This document shows positions 12,841-24,064 of a stretch of 64,000 bases of DNA, in pieces (position 1 is the first letter of the stretch; every line of letters starts with the position of its first letter). The stretch is taken from positions 358 to 64,357 of the forward strand of contig CANPWV010000004.1 in assembly GCA_947585105.1 (NCBI GenBank), written 5' to 3'. A program made the translations under genes and the position numbers. This DNA is from an uncultured Clostridia bacterium (GTDB taxonomy: Bacteria > Bacillota > Clostridia > TANB77 > CAG-508). The notes under the pieces were generated by a model. That model did not search any database. It saw only the letters and a list, made by a program, of their open reading frames with translations, and was not told the origin of the DNA.

Positions 12841-13729
12841 TTAAAAGTTAGCAATTAAAACTCTATCATTTCCGCCAAAATCTTGGAGACAAATAATATT
12901 TTTATAACCATTATTTTCTAAAATTTCAGAAACATCACTTTTTTGATTATAGCCAATTTCTAAAAACAAAATTCCATTTTTATTTAAATTTTTTTTAGCT
13001 TGTTTTCCTATTTTCCTATAAAAATCAAGTCCGTCTTTTCCGCCGTCTAAAGCCAAATGTGGCTCATTTTGAACATCTAAATCAAGCTCGTTTATAACAT
13101 CTGTTTCAATATAAGGCGGGTTTGAAACAATAACATCAAATTTTCCATCAATATTTTCAAATAAATCTGAAAGAATAAAATTTACTTTTACTTTATTTTT
13201 ATTAGAATTAAATCTTGCTACATTTAGAGTTTCTTCACTTATATCTGAAGCAAAAATTTCTACATCATCATTTTCAAAATTTTTCGCTAGACTTATCGCA
13301 ATTGCACCACTACCTGTACACAAATCTAAAACTTTAGGATTATCTATTTTACTTGATTCATAAATATTAAATAAATCTGTTTTTTCTTTTCCGAAGATTG
13401 TCCTCTAAATACTTAATTACAGCTTGAACCAAAATTTCTGTATCTGGCTGAGGAATTAAAACATTTTTATCAACATGGAAATTTAACCCCATAAATTCCT
13501 GATTTCCAGTAATATATTGAAGTGGCTCTCCAAAAATTAGCCTATCCAATAAAGAAAAATATTTTACAAATTTATCATAATCTATTTCTTCCATATCATT
13601 TATAATTAAATATTCTCTTGGCTTGTCTAGGACAAAACTCAAGAGAATTCTAGCTTTTAAATTACAATTTGTAATATTTTTTTCTTTTAAAACATAAATT
13701 CCATCTTTTAAAACTTGGCTTAATTTCAT
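12841..13729 (-). CDS. prmC: Release factor glutamine N5-methyltransferase PrmC/HemK (one CGG +1 site)
   Basis: ORFs 13367..13729 and 12841..13323 join at CGG 13391-13393, giving YLEDNL|GKEKTDLFNIYESSKIDNPKVLDLCTGSGAIAI. NPPY motif present (SNPPYIE). Confidence 0.88.
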
Positions 13730-13825
13730 ATATTTTCCTTTTTATTTAAATTTGATATATTACACATATAATATTTTATCATTTTTTCCAAAATTAGTCA
13801 ACATAATCGTTTTGTAGCAATTAAT

Positions 13826-14019
13826 AAAAAGCCCCACGTCTAAGCCGTTCTTAAATGAATTTTTAATGGACCTGTACTCACACAGGTGGGTGCCTTCCTA
13901 GATACTCATGGGTTTCTTACAATACAAACGGTAAGCATACACGCCATATCCAGAGATCAGGCTCCCTTATCCATAACTTGTAGGTTCTAAAAATTCAAGT
14001 TGTAACGCACTACGCAGGG
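13826..14019 (-). ncRNA. Structured ~190-nt ncRNA, rod-like; 6S (SsrS)-like candidate
   Basis: A GC-enriched island in an AT-rich spacer with no ORF. The 5' CCCUGCGU pairs with the 3' ACGUGGGG (8 bp). Further 5'/3' pairing occurs (CGUU/AACG, CUUGAAU.UUUUUA with UAAAAAUUCA.UUUAAG). Ends in GGGGCUUUUU. Confidence 0.4.
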
Positions 14020-14190
14020 AAAATTAATAACTATTTACTTTGTATAATTATATTATCATAACCAAATATTTATTTCAAATCTAAATTTTTCCAATTTTCA
14101 TAGTTAAACTCATTTATAATCTATTATTTATGAGTATGCTCTATTTTTTGAACTATTTCTAATTTGCTTTTTATTTTGTTTTATGATTTA

Positions 14191-15084
14191 CTAAAAGTTA
14201 GGTACATATTTTTCTTCATTTTCTTCAAGATATTGTATGTAACCATTCTTTAGTCCTAATTCGTACACAAAATTTTCTATATCATCAAACTCTTCTTGTG
14301 TTAATTTTCTATTTATTTCAGGAATTTCGTTTGCTTTATAACATGGAAAATATTGAGCCATTACGCTTACATAAACATCTTTTCCAAAATTATTTTTAAT
14401 TAATTTCAATACTTGTTTACTATTTTGAATATGACTAGGTAAAACAAGATGTCTTATTATAACTCCTTTTTTCAACATCCCATCTTCGTCATAAATATTT
14501 TTAGGGTTTTGCCTTAACATTTCTTTTATAGCTTTCAAAGCCACTTCTTTGTAATTTTCAGAGTTTGAAAGTTTTTTTCCTAAATCATCATAATAATATT
14601 TAAAATCTGGTAAATAAACATCAATATAGCCTTCTAGCAATTTTAAAGCCTCACTACTCTCATAACCACTTGAATTATAAACAGTAGGAATTGTTAATCC
14701 TTTTTTTCTAGCAATTTTTATACTTTCTACAATTTGAGGAATGTACATAAATCCAGTCACAAAATTGATGTTATTTGCACCTTCATTTTCTAGCCAAATC
14801 ATCTGATTTGCCAATTCTTCGATTGAAATTTCTTCACCTTTTCCTTCCCAACTTATTTTATAATTTTGGCAAAATTTACATCTTAGATTACAACCAGAAA
14901 AAAACACAGTTCCAGATCCAGAATTTCCACTAATACAAGGTTCTTCATAGTAATGTAGACCTATTTTTGCTACTTTTAGATTAATTTCTTTTGCTTTACA
15001 AAAACCTAATTTTCCTTCTAACCTATTTACTTTACAGCCTCTTGGGCATAATTCACATTTTTTTAAATTATCTAAAATTTCCAT
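14191..15084 (-). CDS. Radical SAM protein, PflX/pyruvate-formate-lyase-activase-like
   Basis: N-terminal Cys cluster CELCPRGC and the radical SAM motif CNLRCKFCQN. Confidence 0.7.
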   Translation of the reverse strand: MEILDNLKKCELCPRGCKVNRLEGKLGFCKAKEINLKVAKIGLHYYEEPCISGNSGSGTVFFSGCNLRCKFCQNYKISWEGKGEEISIEELANQMIWLENEGANNINFVTGFMYIPQIVESIKIARKKGLTIPTVYNSSGYESSEALKLLEGYIDVYLPDFKYYYDDLGKKLSNSENYKEVALKAIKEMLRQNPKNIYDEDGMLKKGVIIRHLVLPSHIQNSKQVLKLIKNNFGKDVYVSVMAQYFPCYKANEIPEINRKLTQEEFDDIENFVYELGLKNGYIQYLEENEEKYVPNF

Positions 15085-15167
15085 GAAATTATTTTAACAG
15101 ATTTTTCTTGATATATCAATTAGTATATGTTAAAATTTAATTAGTATTTTAAAGAAAGGAAAAACAA

Positions 15168-15767
15168 ATGAAAAAGAGAAAAATTTTAATTGCTATTTTA
15201 GCCATTTTAATAATATTACTTATTGCTATAATTTTAATAAGACCAAACTTTAAAAATAAAAATGATAAAAATGAAAATACTTCTAGAAATTTTATATTAA
15301 ATGAAAATGTAGCTTATAAAGTAAACACCAACGGCGAAAACACTTTGATTTATATAGGTGTAAACGAAAATGGAAAAGAAAATTATCTTGGAGTTAGTTT
15401 AAAAATTGATAAAAATTCTTCAAAGGAAGATCAAGTAAAAGAATTAATTTCTGGAATTTCAAAACACACAGGCTATAAAATAAATATTAATTCAATAGTT
15501 ATTGAAGATAATAAAATAAAAATTGATTTTAATAAAAACGCTGCACCTTTTGAAAATGAAGAAAGCTTTGAAGAAACTGATGACATTAGATATACAATAA
15601 CATCAAAAAGCCTTGTTCCAAAAACAATTTTTGATTCAATAAATAAAACTTTAAAATCATATTTTGGAAAAGATACAGAAGTTTATTTTTCAGTAGATTC
15701 TGAAAATATAAATATTGAAGATGAAAGATTCCCAGTAAATATTGATAAATTGACTCCATATAAATAA
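15168..15767 (+). CDS. Membrane-anchored hypothetical protein
   Basis: RBS GGAAAAACAAATG and an N-terminal TM segment (ILIAILAILIILLIAIILI). One of only three plus-strand CDS called, with the two tiny ORFs at 52484..52753. Confidence 0.6.
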   Translation: MKKRKILIAILAILIILLIAIILIRPNFKNKNDKNENTSRNFILNENVAYKVNTNGENTLIYIGVNENGKENYLGVSLKIDKNSSKEDQVKELISGISKHTGYKININSIVIEDNKIKIDFNKNAAPFENEESFEETDDIRYTITSKSLVPKTIFDSINKTLKSYFGKDTEVYFSVDSENINIEDERFPVNIDKLTPYK

Positions 15768-15793
15768 AAAACTCGTTCAAAACGAGTTTTTTT
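15766..15793. terminator. Bidirectional rho-independent terminator
   Basis: AAAAACTCGTT-CAAA-ACGAGTTTTTTT between convergent genes. Confidence 0.8.
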
Positions 15794-15804
15794 ATTTATA
15801 AATT

Positions 15805-16791
15805 TTATTCTTCTTTCAAATCTCTTGTCATTAAAATGTCAACTGCTTCTCTAGGATCTAAATGATTATATAGAACATTATAAACAGAATTTACTATTGG
15901 CATCTCTATATTATATTTTTTTCCCAGTTCATAAGCAACATCTATATTATCAACACTTTCAATAACCATTCCGATTTTTTGTCTAGCTTCATCAATTGTA
16001 TGACCTTCTCCAATCATTCTACCTGCTCTTCTATTTCTACTATGTTCGCTATTACAAGTAACAATTAAGTCTCCAAGTCCACTTAGACCATAAAATGTTT
16101 CTGATTTTGCACCCATAACAGTTCCAAGTCTTACAATCTCAACTAATCCACGAGTAGCAAGAGCAGCAAATGTATTATCCCCAAGATTTAAACCGACTGC
16201 GATACCAGCGCAAAAAGCTATGATATTTTTCAAAGCACCACCAAGCTCTACACCTTTTACATCTGATGATGAATATATTCTTAAAGTTTTGCTTGAAAAA
16301 TTATCCATAACAACTTTTTTCACATCTTCATATTTTGAAGCAATAACTAAAGCTGTTGGAATTCCAATTGAAACCTCCTCAGCGTGGCTTGGTCCAGATA
16401 AAATTCCATATTTAATTCCTGGTAATTCTTCTTCAATAACCTCATCCAAAGTTTTTAAAGTCTCAGATTCAAAGCCTTTTGAGCACATTAATAAAATTTG
16501 ATTTTCTTTTACAAAATCTTTGTAATTTTTCATTGTACTTCTTACAAATTTTGATGGAGTAACATGTAAAATTATTTCTGAATCTTTAATTGCTTCCTCT
16601 AAACTTGTTGTAGCAACAACACTTTCTGGAATTACGCTTCCTGGTAAAAGAGCGCAAGTATGATTTTCATTTATCATATTTTTTTCTTCTTCAAGAAAAG
16701 ACCAAATATTTATCTTTTCACATTTATCAGCTAAATAAATTGCTAGAGCTGATCCCCAACTTCCACTTCCTATAATAGCTATTTTTTTCAT
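15805..16791 (-). CDS. gpsA: NAD(P)H-dependent glycerol-3-phosphate dehydrogenase
   Basis: GSGSWGSALA Rossmann motif and conserved GpsA core. Located in the gpsA-plsY-der cluster. Confidence 0.92.
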   Translation of the reverse strand: MKKIAIIGSGSWGSALAIYLADKCEKINIWSFLEEEKNMINENHTCALLPGSVIPESVVATTSLEEAIKDSEIILHVTPSKFVRSTMKNYKDFVKENQILLMCSKGFESETLKTLDEVIEEELPGIKYGILSGPSHAEEVSIGIPTALVIASKYEDVKKVVMDNFSSKTLRIYSSSDVKGVELGGALKNIIAFCAGIAVGLNLGDNTFAALATRGLVEIVRLGTVMGAKSETFYGLSGLGDLIVTCNSEHSRNRRAGRMIGEGHTIDEARQKIGMVIESVDNIDVAYELGKKYNIEMPIVNSVYNVLYNHLDPREAVDILMTRDLKEE

Positions 16792-16802
16792 ATAACCTCC
16801 AT

Positions 16803-17417
16803 TTATCTAAAACTAATTCTATTTTCAGTTCCACTACTTAATCTTTTTATATTTGCTCTATGATTAAATAGAACAAAGCAAGCCATAATAATACCAAAAA
16901 TTAAATAATTAAAACCAGTAGCAATATAATGATTTCTAATAAAAACTGTCAAAACTGGAAATAAAATTGCTGCTGTAATTGATCCAAGAGAAACCATTCT
17001 GGTTAAAATAATCATTATAATTCCATAACTTAAACAAATCAAGCCAATTTGCCAATTTAAAACAAGTAAAACTCCTATACTTGTAGCAACACCTTTTCCA
17101 CCTCTAAATTCAAAAAAGATTGGAAAAGTATGTCCTAATACTACTGAAAAAGCGGCAATCTGACAAGCAATTGCTTCATTTACATCACCTGAAATCAATT
17201 TTGCTAAAAGAACAGATACAACACCTTTCAAAATGTCTAAAATTAAAACAATTGCTGCTGCTCTTTTTCCAACAGTTCTTAGCATATTTGTAGTTCCAGC
17301 GTTTTTACTTCCTTTTTCTCTTAAATCAAATCCTGCCATTTTTCTACTTAATATTACTGAAAAATTTATACTTCCTATTAAATAGCCAATGGCAAAACAC
17401 GCAATATAAATTCCCAT
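16803..17417 (-). CDS. plsY: Glycerol-3-phosphate acyltransferase PlsY
   Basis: GSKNAGTTN motif and a polytopic membrane profile. Confidence 0.9.
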   Translation of the reverse strand: MGIYIACFAIGYLIGSINFSVILSRKMAGFDLREKGSKNAGTTNMLRTVGKRAAAIVLILDILKGVVSVLLAKLISGDVNEAIACQIAAFSVVLGHTFPIFFEFRGGKGVATSIGVLLVLNWQIGLICLSYGIIMIILTRMVSLGSITAAILFPVLTVFIRNHYIATGFNYLIFGIIMACFVLFNHRANIKRLSSGTENRISFR

Positions 17418-17432
17418 GTTTTTCCTTCCTTT

Positions 17433-18752
17433 CTACTTTTCTCCTTTTTCTCTAATTATAAGTCTTACAGGCGTTCCTTCTAATCCAAAATTATCTCTAA
17501 AGCAATTTATTAAATATCTTTGATATGAAAAATGGAATAGACTCTTGTTATTACAAAAAATAACGAATGTTGGAGGTTTTGTAGAAGCTTGTGTTCCATA
17601 AAAGATTTTTAATCTTTTTCCTTTATCAGAAGGAGGCTGAACAACTGAAATTGCTTCATTTATAACCTCGTTTACAACAGAAGTTGAAACTCTTAAAGAA
17701 TTTTGACTAGCAACATTATTTATCATTTCAAAAAGATTATTTACTCTTTGACCAGTTTTTGCTGAAATAAACACAACTGGAGCATATTCAGCATAACTTA
17801 GATTTTTATAAACTTCCTTTTTATATTTTTCTAAAGTTCCTGTTTCTTTTTCGATTTCATCCCATTTATTAACAGCAATTATAATTCCTTTTCCCGCTTC
17901 ATGAGCTTCTCCAAGGATTTTAGCATCTTGATCTGTAACACCGTCTTTTGCGTCTATCATTACAAGCGCAACATCAGCTCTTTCAATAGCAAGAAGTGTT
18001 CTCATTATACTAAATTTTTCAATACTTTCCTGAACTTTAGCTTTTTTTCTAATTCCAGCAGTATCTATAAACACATATTTTCCATATTCATTTTCAAATT
18101 CTGAATCTATTGCGTCTCTTGTAGTTCCAGCCACATCACTTACAATAGAACGATTTTCCCCTAAAATTCTATTTAATAAAGAAGACTTTCCAGCGTTTGG
18201 TTTTCCTATAATTGCAACTTTAATTCTATCATCTTCTATTTCATTTTCAGTTTCTTCTGGAAAATTTTCAAAAATTTTATCTAAACAATCCCCTATTCCA
18301 AGCGCGTTTGCGGCTGATATTGCAATAGGTTCACCTAATCCTAAATTATAAAATTCATAAATGTTCATCGAATCTTTTCCAAAATTATCAGCTTTATTGC
18401 AAGCCAAAACAATCGGCTTCTTTGATTTTCTAAGAGTTATAGCAATATCTTTATCATCACTTGTTAAACCTTGCTTACAGTCTACCATAAACAAAATTAC
18501 ATCAGCTATACTAATCGCAATCTCAGCTTGTTCTCTCATTCCTTTTGAAATTTCGTCTTCTAATCCTTTTTCAATTCCACCTGTATCAATTAATGTAAAA
18601 GTTCTTCCACGCCACTCAGCATCTGAATATACTCTGTCTCTAGTAACACCTGGTGTATCTTCTACAATTGAAATTCTTTCTCCAACTACATAGTTGAAAA
18701 ATCTTGATTTTCCTACATTTGGTCTTCCAACTATTGCAACAACTGGTTTCAT
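17433..18752 (-). CDS. der: Ribosome biogenesis GTPase Der (EngA)
   Basis: Two G domains (GRPNVGKS, GKPNAGKS) plus a KH-like C-terminus. Confidence 0.93.
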   Translation of the reverse strand: MKPVVAIVGRPNVGKSRFFNYVVGERISIVEDTPGVTRDRVYSDAEWRGRTFTLIDTGGIEKGLEDEISKGMREQAEIAISIADVILFMVDCKQGLTSDDKDIAITLRKSKKPIVLACNKADNFGKDSMNIYEFYNLGLGEPIAISAANALGIGDCLDKIFENFPEETENEIEDDRIKVAIIGKPNAGKSSLLNRILGENRSIVSDVAGTTRDAIDSEFENEYGKYVFIDTAGIRKKAKVQESIEKFSIMRTLLAIERADVALVMIDAKDGVTDQDAKILGEAHEAGKGIIIAVNKWDEIEKETGTLEKYKKEVYKNLSYAEYAPVVFISAKTGQRVNNLFEMINNVASQNSLRVSTSVVNEVINEAISVVQPPSDKGKRLKIFYGTQASTKPPTFVIFCNNKSLFHFSYQRYLINCFRDNFGLEGTPVRLIIREKGEK

Positions 18753-18805
18753 TATATTCCTCTTTCTTTTTATTTTTTATCTTTAATATTATACCCTAAA
18801 TTATG

Positions 18806-20529
18806 TCAATTTTCAATACTTTTTTCGGTTTTATCAACATTTACACGCTTTTCGATAATATTATAGACAACAAATAATATGAAACATATCAATGAAAAGA
18901 TTTTAATGCCTAGGTTTGAATTATATTCAACTTTCAAATCTGTCTTTGATATCTTATTTAATCCTATTGCTAGAAATCCGTTTTCACTTTCAAAAGCTCT
19001 AACTTTGCTTCCGTCTAGCGTTACATCATATCCTGAATAATACACATAAGGCAATTCTAAAATAGTTTTATCCTCTAAAACTTCTATCTTGGCAGTTAAA
19101 TTATTTCCATTTTTATTAAATTTTTCAACTTTTACATTTCCGAGAAAGCGCAAGTATTTTATTTTCTCTATTTGCTAAATAAAAATAATTATCATAAGTA
19201 TTTTTTGGCAAATATTCATTTTTTCCCATTCCAATCAAGCAATCTGTATTTCTTCCTGTAACAAAGCCATAATCAAAATCTTTTGGATTATCCATTTTTT
19301 CATTTGTTACTGGAATAAAATCTTTCAAAGCAAATAAGTAAAAAACAGCTATTGTTCCAATCACAAGGCAATCTACAAATTTAAAATTTTTTATAATAAT
19401 TCCCAAATTTATTGAACAAATTATACTAAAGCAAAATATTGATATTTCAAGCATTCTCCAAGGGAATTGTATCATTGTCATTTTACTACCCAAAAATTTC
19501 CATGGGAAATATTTTGTAGCCATAAATGTTGATAAAAGGCCTATTATAAAGAAAAATATATATTCTTTTTTCATTTTTGGAATAATTCTTCTAAAGCTTG
19601 CTATTGTAAAGCAAAGCATTATTAGAATATGTGGGCCAAGTTCAAACACATAACTTCCATCATTTTTGGTAATTACAAGTTGCTTTAATTTTAGAGCGTT
19701 AGCTTCAACAGATTCAGTTGTAGCCATCATTTTTGGCTCAAACACTTGATATTTAGAGCTTAGTGAATTTTGCAAAAATGGAACCCAGAAAAAGCTACTT
19801 ATACATATTATAAACACAATGTCATATAAAAATTTATTTCTTATATTTTTTATTTTAAATTTTGGCAAATTAACCACAACATAAGCAAGTGATATAAAAC
19901 AGCAAATTAACATCATTAAATTATGAGTTATAATAAGTCCGAACAGCGCCAATCACCAAAGGCCAATCGTCTTTTTCCTCATTAAACAAATTATATAATC
20001 CAAGGAAAACTAAAGGAATAAATATGAAGCTTAAAAATTCCCCAACACTTCCTCTTGTGTACATATCTGTAAGGTGATATGGCATAGTCATATACAAAAT
20101 TCCGCCAAGCAAACCAACATTTTTATCATCAGTAATTTTACTCACAAAATAATACATAGTAATTCCTGAAAACAAAAGTCCCAAAAACAAAACTAATTTA
20201 TAACCAACAATAATATTATTAAAAATCAATCCACAAATCGCAATACTATAACTAGAAAGAGGTCCATAAAATAAATCCCAACTATAGCCAAATCCATTTT
20301 CAAGTCTTGACAAAACTGTAGCAGACTCTCCATTTTTCAAACTCTCCATAGTCAAAAAACTTCTAGCAATATGTTGAATTCCATCATCATGATAATAATC
20401 AAAGTTCTTCCAAACTAGTGGAATACTAACGATTACAGCTACTATTAAAATTATTAATCCATACTTTAAATTTTTTATTTTTTCCTTCATTTTACATTTA
20501 ATTCCTACTTTAATTTTTACTAAAAACAT
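18806..20529 (-). CDS. Polytopic membrane protein, GT-C/YfhO-like glycosyltransferase candidate (two CGG +1 sites)
   Basis: Three track ORFs join: VIGAV|GLIITHNLMM (CGG 19939-19941) and ILALS|GNVKVEKFNK (19140-19142). Many TM segments. The start may be the internal ATG at 20490. Confidence 0.6.
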
Positions 20530-20543
20530 TTTATATCAATTGA

Positions 20544-20577
20544 TAAAAAAAGACAAGTAATTTTTAAAATTACTCGC
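20544..20577 (-). terminator. Rho-independent terminator after LRR gene A
   Basis: Minus strand has a GAGTAATTTT-AAAAATTACTTG hairpin followed by TCTTTTTTTAT. Confidence 0.7.
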
Positions 20578-20590
20578 CTTTTATTATTTA

Positions 20591-23500
20591 TTAAAGTTTT
20601 AAATCTCCTAAGCCACAGTTGTTTATAGAAATTGTTGATACTCCAGTTGTTTTTAATTTTTTTAAAATTTCTATATTATTTTCTTGAAACAAGCAACCAT
20701 CACCAATCGGGTTTGAATCTAAAATTAAACTCTGTAAGCTTGTTTTCTGTCCATCTTCTTTATTAAGTAAAGAACTTAAACTACTCAAATCTGAAATAAA
20801 ATTTCCAGTAAAATCTAAACTTTCTATATTTTTTAAATTTCCTATTTCTGATAATCTTGACAATTTACAATTTTTTATTGATAAAGAAGTAATTTTAGAA
20901 TTTTCCCCTTTTAAAAAGCTCAAACTATTTAAATTACTATCTGTAATTTCTATACTTAAATTCTGATCATCAAGCAAGTTTGTTGTAGGTAAACCGCTCC
21001 AGTCGTCTATTTCAGAATGACTTATAGTTAAAGAAGTAAGCAATTCCAGTCCACTTAAAGGAGATAAATCTGTAATATCAAGTCTTTTTAAAATACATTC
21101 TTTAAGATTTGTCAATAAAGAAATTTTCGATATATCTGTTATAATACTAACTGAACTCCATCCATCCTCCGGAATATCAATTTTTTTAATTTTATCTCTT
21201 ACATTAGAATTAATAGAACTTATAAAATTAAAATCATAATTTTTCCATCTTTTTAGTATTATTTCGTTCAATGTTGCATTATCAGTCAAACTTTCTAAAC
21301 TACCTCCTAAATAACTATTTGACATCTCATCCGTAGTTGTTTTCGATATAGAAATAACGGCTGAAAGATCATCTATTCCATCTCTGTCTCTAACATTATA
21401 AATAGTTAAATTTCCACCTAATTTATAAGTTCTAGCACTACGACAACAAGAAAATTCAGACAAGTTAACACATCCCGTCAAATCAATTACACCGCTATCA
21501 AAATCATAAGAAGAATAAAATTTTAATATTTTATCGCACTTAGAAAAATCATATCCATCACCTTCCAAGCAAAGACCCCTACACAAAATGTAATTGGGAT
21601 TCACCCAACTATTATAATCATGTTTTTGATTAGCATCATACAATAGATTTATTACATCTTGCAAACTTTTCATATCTGTTCTAGTATTATCTATAAGTAA
21701 TGTCTGTAATTTAGTTATTTTCTTACTTGTCACCTCTGTATTTAAAACAGTTAAATCTATCAAATTTGTTCCTCTTATATCTAATTCTTTTAAGTTTGGC
21801 ATATTTTTTACAAAATTACATGTAGCAAGCAATGAACATCCATTTAATTGTAAATATTCCATTCCTGTCAAAGTAGATAAAACTTCTTCTAAATAACTAT
21901 TAGTTAACAAATTATTTCCTTTTAAACTTAATCTTGTTACTTTTGTTTTATTTTTCAAAGCTTCCATTTCAGGAGAGTTATCTACTAAAGAGTTTCCCTC
22001 TTCTTTTACAGAATAATCTCTTACAGGTGAACTAGATAACCAATTTGAACAAATATCAGGTAATAAACATTTTGTTCCACAAAGTTCAACAATATTATCA
22101 ATTGCAAGCCAATAAGATATATTCTCTTCTGTTGCTTTACATCCGTTTAAAAACAGATATCTAATAGAAGTATCTACACTTATTGGACTCACATCTTCAA
22201 GATTAGAACAGTCCCTTAATGATAAATATGCTAAGTTTTTATGAAAACATCCACCCTCTCCGCGACACAGTTTTTAAAGAAGAAATATCTGTCAAGTTTG
22301 TACACCTATCAGAATATATATATGTTGGATTTATATTTTCTAATCCTAAAAAACTAGAAAGACCACTATTATCTGATGAAAGAATGTAATCTAAATCTGT
22401 ACAACCTTTTAAGCCCTCAAAATTTACAAAACCACAATATGGAGCAATTAAATTTTGCAATTTTGTATTATTTTCTAATCCAACAAGTGAAATTAAATTT
22501 GGATTTTTCCATAAACAAATTTCTGAAATCGAATTAAAACCTTTTAAAGAACTTATATTGCTTATATTATTAAAACATAAATACATAGTAGTAACATTAG
22601 TTTTTATACTTTCTGATACTTTTTCTAATGACTTAATACTCGTTAAATTTCCTATAGAATTTTGCAAAAACGTGCCACCATTAGCACCACTTTCAATACT
22701 AGAAAGCCCATAATCTTGAACAGTAAAATCACACACAAGCGGATATGCTCCTCTATTACCAACAACCGCTATGAACTCGTCATCTCCAAAAATTCCAAAT
22801 GTTTTTAGATTTTCTAATAAATTTGCTTTACTTAAACCATTTCCTAATCCTTCTACTTGATTATTTGCTGTAGATTCAACCATAGAAGGTGGTAATTTCA
22901 TATATAATGTATTTAATTTTACAAGTGAACAAAGTGGAGAATAACCGCTTACACTATCTGTTATAACACAATTATCTAAATATAAATATTCTAGTAATAA
23001 ACAATTATCTAATCCGTTCAAATTTGGTATATTTAAGTTTTTAAGTGTTAGCTTTTTTAGTGATGTCAATTCAGCAATTGACGAAATATTTTCTATTTTG
23101 TTTTCTCCGCTTCCATCTATTGTTAAGTCATTTATTGAAGAAACATCACCAACTGTTATTCCAAGTTCAGGATCTATTTCTATATTTAATTCTTTTAATT
23201 TTTCTTCTACTGTGCTTCTTAGTCCGCTATCTCCAGTGATTATCTGCTGAGCTTTTGCTTTTGGGTCTATTTCTGACGAATTTAAATTTCCATAGACAGT
23301 TCCGCTTTTGTTATCAATATAATAAACAGTTAAATCTAAATTTACACCATAAACATCATACAAATTTTTAAGTGCAACAGGATCTTTAGAATCTCCACCA
23401 ACTAATCCGGATTTTATCTCATCAGGTAGTTTTTCTTTATTTATCAAATAATAAACTTTTCCATCATATACAAAATAATTTCTTATTCCATTTTTAAAAA

Positions 23501-23714
23501 ATAGATTTGGAACTTTAGCAACTAGCAAATCTATTTTTGTACTATATTTTTCTGATTCTTCATAGTATTCAACATATTTTTCTTGTAAATATTCTTCAAG
23601 CGCTGCCATTCCTTGCTTTTGCTTAGCTTCCATCGCGTTAGAAATTATTCCATTATCTCCGATAATTGCGTTTAGAGAGACACCAGCTAAAATAAGCAGT
23701 ACAATGATAGTCGT
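20591..23714 (-). CDS. Leucine-rich-repeat surface protein A with shared leader (one internal CGG +1 site; leader in frame without the extra C)
   Basis: ORFs 22239..23633 and 20591..22192 join at CGG 22260-22262, giving LKTVS|GEGGCFHKNLAYLSLRDCSNLEDVSPISV. Internalin-like ~22-aa LRRs. The frame extends upstream through AIIGDNGIISNA and TTIIVLLILAGVSLN to ACG (23712-23714), with no ATG. Confidence 0.75.
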
Positions 23715-23737
23715 TTAGTTATTTTATGATGAATTTT
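23650..23737 (-). repeat. Leader module copy 2 (no extra C: ATT ATC GGA GAT)
   Basis: Aligns with the other six modules. Its reading frame is continuous with the LRR body. Confidence 0.9.
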
Positions 23738-23741
23738 TTAT

Positions 23742-24041
23742 TTAAACTATATTCATATCGCTTGGTAAATAATTTTGATTTAAAGTTTCAAAACCTGGAT
23801 CAAAGTCTGGATGTTTATGATAAAACTCTGCTTCTGATTTTTCAGTTCCATTATATATTTCTTTCCCATTTTCATCATAAACAACATATTTTCCTTCATC
23901 TTCATTATATTCTGTTCTTACAGAATTTTGTAAAATATTTTCTTCTGACTTTTTCTTTATTTTATTTTTATTAACAACAAACAATATTATTAAAAATAAA
24001 ATGATAACACTTAAAATAATTATTAATTCTTTTCTACTCAT
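23742..24041 (-). CDS. Small single-pass membrane protein
   Basis: GGAGAAAAAATG RBS/start, then MSRKELIIILSVIILFLIILFVV... Immediately downstream of LRR gene B. Confidence 0.55.
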   Translation of the reverse strand: MSRKELIIILSVIILFLIILFVVNKNKIKKKSEENILQNSVRTEYNEDEGKYVVYDENGKEIYNGTEKSEAEFYHKHPDFDPGFETLNQNYLPSDMNIV

Positions 24042-24064
24042 TTTTTCTCCTTTCAAAGTCTATT

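Noticed and set aside
13826-14019. SRP RNA, tmRNA or RNase P RNA assignment for the ncRNA island
   Set aside because: It has no GGAA-tetraloop with the AGCA domain IV motif (only an isolated CAGGUCC). It has no tRNA-like 3' end with CCA and no RNase P P4 consensus. Its size fits 6S better.
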